Of a stretch of DNA of 64,000 bases, positions 61,466-64,000 are shown in pieces; positions within the stretch are counted from its first letter, which is position 1; the number at the start of each line of letters is the position of its first letter. Origin of the DNA: Spirochaetia bacterium (GTDB lineage Bacteria > Spirochaetota > Spirochaetia > SZUA-6 > Bin103); NCBI GenBank assembly GCA_965198005.1, contig CBDAOI010000004.1:320001-384000 (forward strand), given 5' to 3'. The translations under genes and the position numbers were made by a program. The notes under the pieces are model-generated. The model was not told the DNA's origin and did not search any database. It saw nothing but the letters and a program-made list of their open reading frames with translations.

Positions 61466-63262
61466 ATGACTATTTCAAGATTCGAAAAAACCTTCGCGGT
61501 TGTACTCGTCCTCATCTTTGCCGCCGGCGCCCTCTGGGCGGCCGGAGCGACCGACCAGCCGACTACCGCGGCCGCCGCTGCAATAAAGTATGTGACGGAC
61601 CCCGCAACCGGCGAAGTGGTGGAGGCCCCACGATATGGCGGGAAACTGACCCATGCGTGGGGTCGGGCCGATTATGATGCAAGTCTTGACGGCTATGATT
61701 ATCATGGTGCGGGAGTTGTTGTCACTGTCGTTTTAGAGAAGCTGGGCATCGCGGACTGGGCAATCGATAGGGACGAAGTCGTTTTTCTGGGCGGCGCCGC
61801 GCGGCCTATGCATGCCTATCGAGGGGCGTTGGCTGAAAGCTGGGACACGCCCGACCCGCTGACGTATATATTCCACATCCGCCAGGGCGTTCACTGGCAT
61901 GATAAGGCACCGATGAACGGTCGGGAACTGACTGCCAAAGATGTCGAATATAACTTTCACCGGCTAACGGGTCTGGGAAGCGGCTTCACAGAACCGACTA
62001 AAGCCCCAGGTATGATTCAAGACGTGCCAATCGAGTCGATAACAGCCACCGACAAATGGACGGTTGTTTTTAAGCTGAAAGAGCCATACCTTAATGCCCC
62101 GATCATTATCCAGGACAATAGCGTTAATTGGATATACCCCCCGGAGGTAATCGAAGAACACGGCGGCTTGACGGATTGGAGGCACTTGGTCGGTACAGGC
62201 CCCTTTGAGCTGACTGACCGCGTCGAGGGTAGCTCCTGGACCTGGACCAAGAATCCTGATTACTGGGGCCACGACGAGAAGTTCCCGGAGAACCGTCTGC
62301 CTTATGTCGACGAGTTCAAGATGGTGACCATGCCAGAGGAAGCGACACGCCTGGCGGCACTGCGCACGGCTAAGATCGATTACGTAGGTATACAGGGGAT
62401 AGCCCATATAAGCAATATCGATTTGGCAGAGAGCCTCAAGCGGACAAATCCCGAGCTCGTGTTCTACCCGTGGGCGGAAAAGTCGGATTATTCTTTCGCT
62501 CTCAACTCGAGTAGGCCGCCCTTTGACGACGTCAGGGTGCGCAAGGCCATGCAGATGGCACTGGACCTTGAGACAATTCACAATACCTTCTTTAAGGGTG
62601 CAGGAGACCCAACACCCAAAGGGCCGGGAGGAAAGCCAGGGTATTTCATCCCGTATGACGAGTGGCCTCAGGAAGTCAAGGATGGTTTTGCTTATAACCC
62701 TAAGGGGGCCGAAAAGCTGCTTGATGAGGCCGGATATCCTCGCGGCTCGGACGGAATTAGATTCACGGTCACGCTTTCCGGGGGGGAAGGGCAGGCGAGC
62801 TTTTATGAGTTGTCCATAGCATACTGGAGTGATATTGGCGTCGATGTGGAGCTTGAGATAACTACGGGTGCCGAACACCATACCTTAGTTAGAGAACAAA
62901 GTCATGACATGATTACTGCGTTATTGGGTACTAAGTGGGATCCACTCTATGCTGCAAGTTTCGTTTACTCGAAACAACCCGATAACAAAGCTGCAGTCAA
63001 TGACCCGGTGTATGACGCCATGTACGAGGCAGCCGGGGACGCCACCTCCTTTGAGCAGCTGAAGGAGATGATAATAGAGATGGATATGTACGTGATAGAG
63101 CATTTCTGGCATATATGGGGTCCTGAGGGCCCATCGTTTACTGTGACCCAGCCATGGGTCAAGGGGTATAACGGCGAAGGCAACTTTGGATGGATGCAGA
63201 TGCAAACCATTTTCTCCCGCCTCTGGGTTGACCAGGAGCTGAAGAAAGCAATGGGTCATTAG
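61466..63262 (+). CDS. family 5 ABC substrate-binding protein (SBP6)
   Basis: SD AAGGAG, signal peptide LWAAG, same motif set as SBP3. Confidence 0.93.
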   Translation: MTISRFEKTFAVVLVLIFAAGALWAAGATDQPTTAAAAAIKYVTDPATGEVVEAPRYGGKLTHAWGRADYDASLDGYDYHGAGVVVTVVLEKLGIADWAIDRDEVVFLGGAARPMHAYRGALAESWDTPDPLTYIFHIRQGVHWHDKAPMNGRELTAKDVEYNFHRLTGLGSGFTEPTKAPGMIQDVPIESITATDKWTVVFKLKEPYLNAPIIIQDNSVNWIYPPEVIEEHGGLTDWRHLVGTGPFELTDRVEGSSWTWTKNPDYWGHDEKFPENRLPYVDEFKMVTMPEEATRLAALRTAKIDYVGIQGIAHISNIDLAESLKRTNPELVFYPWAEKSDYSFALNSSRPPFDDVRVRKAMQMALDLETIHNTFFKGAGDPTPKGPGGKPGYFIPYDEWPQEVKDGFAYNPKGAEKLLDEAGYPRGSDGIRFTVTLSGGEGQASFYELSIAYWSDIGVDVELEITTGAEHHTLVREQSHDMITALLGTKWDPLYAASFVYSKQPDNKAAVNDPVYDAMYEAAGDATSFEQLKEMIIEMDMYVIEHFWHIWGPEGPSFTVTQPWVKGYNGEGNFGWMQMQTIFSRLWVDQELKKAMGH

Positions 63263-63578
63263 GGGTTTTGAGCAGCCGACAAGACTGCATTCCAGCCGGG
63301 GAAGGACCGGCCGTATCACGATTCTACCCGGCCACCCCCCCCCTGTGGCTTAGCTCAGGGAAAAAGGGAGCTGGGAGGTTCAGGCTTCCCAGCTCCATTA
63401 AAGAAGTAAGATCGAAACCTGAGTACTACAGCCTGGCATTAACAGACACATAGTTAGAGTATTATATATCGTGCATTGCGGTTGAAATTACTCTGGATTC
63501 CGCCTTTGGGCGGAATGATGGGGGAGAGAGGGCGACGAGATTGCCACGGTCGCCAAAGGCGACAAGGAGGAGTGTCAC

Positions 63579-64000
63579 ATGAGAGCCTATATCATCAGGC
63601 GGTTATTGCTGATAATCCCCACCCTGTTTATATTGAGCATCCTGGTCTTTCTCTCGGTCCGCTTCATCCCGGGCGATGTAATAGATGCGATGATGGCTGA
63701 CATGGGATACATGGCCGGTCATATAGAGCGTGAAGCGCTTGAGCATATGCTGGGATTAGACGTGCCTGTGCACGTGCAGTATGGACGCTGGTTGGGAGAT
63801 ATTTTCCTGCACGGTACCCTTGGCGAATCACTGCTTGGCGATTGGACGGTAGAGGAGAAGATATTAGGTAGACTGCCAGTAACCATTGAGCTTGGTGTCA
63901 TGGCAATCGTAATCGGGCTGGTGATAGCGCTGCCAGTCGGCATCTACTCGGCGATTCGCCAGTATACGGCCGCCGACTACCTGGGGCGTAGCATCGCCAT
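63579..64000 (+). CDS. DppB-like ABC permease (3'-partial)
   Basis: SD AAGGAGG, MRAYIIRRLLL...; runs off the window. Confidence 0.9.
   Translation, partial: MRAYIIRRLLLIIPTLFILSILVFLSVRFIPGDVIDAMMADMGYMAGHIEREALEHMLGLDVPVHVQYGRWLGDIFLHGTLGESLLGDWTVEEKILGRLPVTIELGVMAIVIGLVIALPVGIYSAIRQYTAADYLGRSIA

Overview
This is a GC-rich bacterial window. The 'FAxG/LWAAG'-type signal peptides suggest a spirochaete-like host, but that is inference. Bases 1-15 kb hold metabolic genes (branched-chain amino-acid binding protein, class III aminotransferase, nadA-nadC-nadB, mevalonate/isoprenoid remnants including an IPP isomerase-squalene synthase fusion) mixed with toxin-antitoxin (TA) loci. Bases 19-64 kb hold six paralogous family-5 (Dpp/Opp-like) ABC substrate-binding protein (SBP) + permease modules with no ATPase genes. 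These are interspersed with about nine TA loci window-wide, IS110/IS1634/ISNCY-like remnants, a RIT element and three group II introns. The most unusual feature is a repeated, orientation-locked non-coding leader upstream of the SBPs, complete at SBP3-6 and partial or diverged at SBP1-2. It consists of tandem ~126-138-bp units that each carry a TTGAC(A/G) box and often a properly spaced -10 box, a TA(C)n tract of variable length, a conserved spacer, an 11-aa uORF (MILKEPHARAA) with a perfect Shine-Dalgarno (SD), and a covarying two-hairpin RNA motif just before the SBP start. A group II intron whose EBS1 loop is AGGAGG sits antisense at the SD of that uORF in two copies, and an empty site is present for comparison. 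Many genes carry internal deletions or abrupt junctions, so some structure may be assembly artefact.
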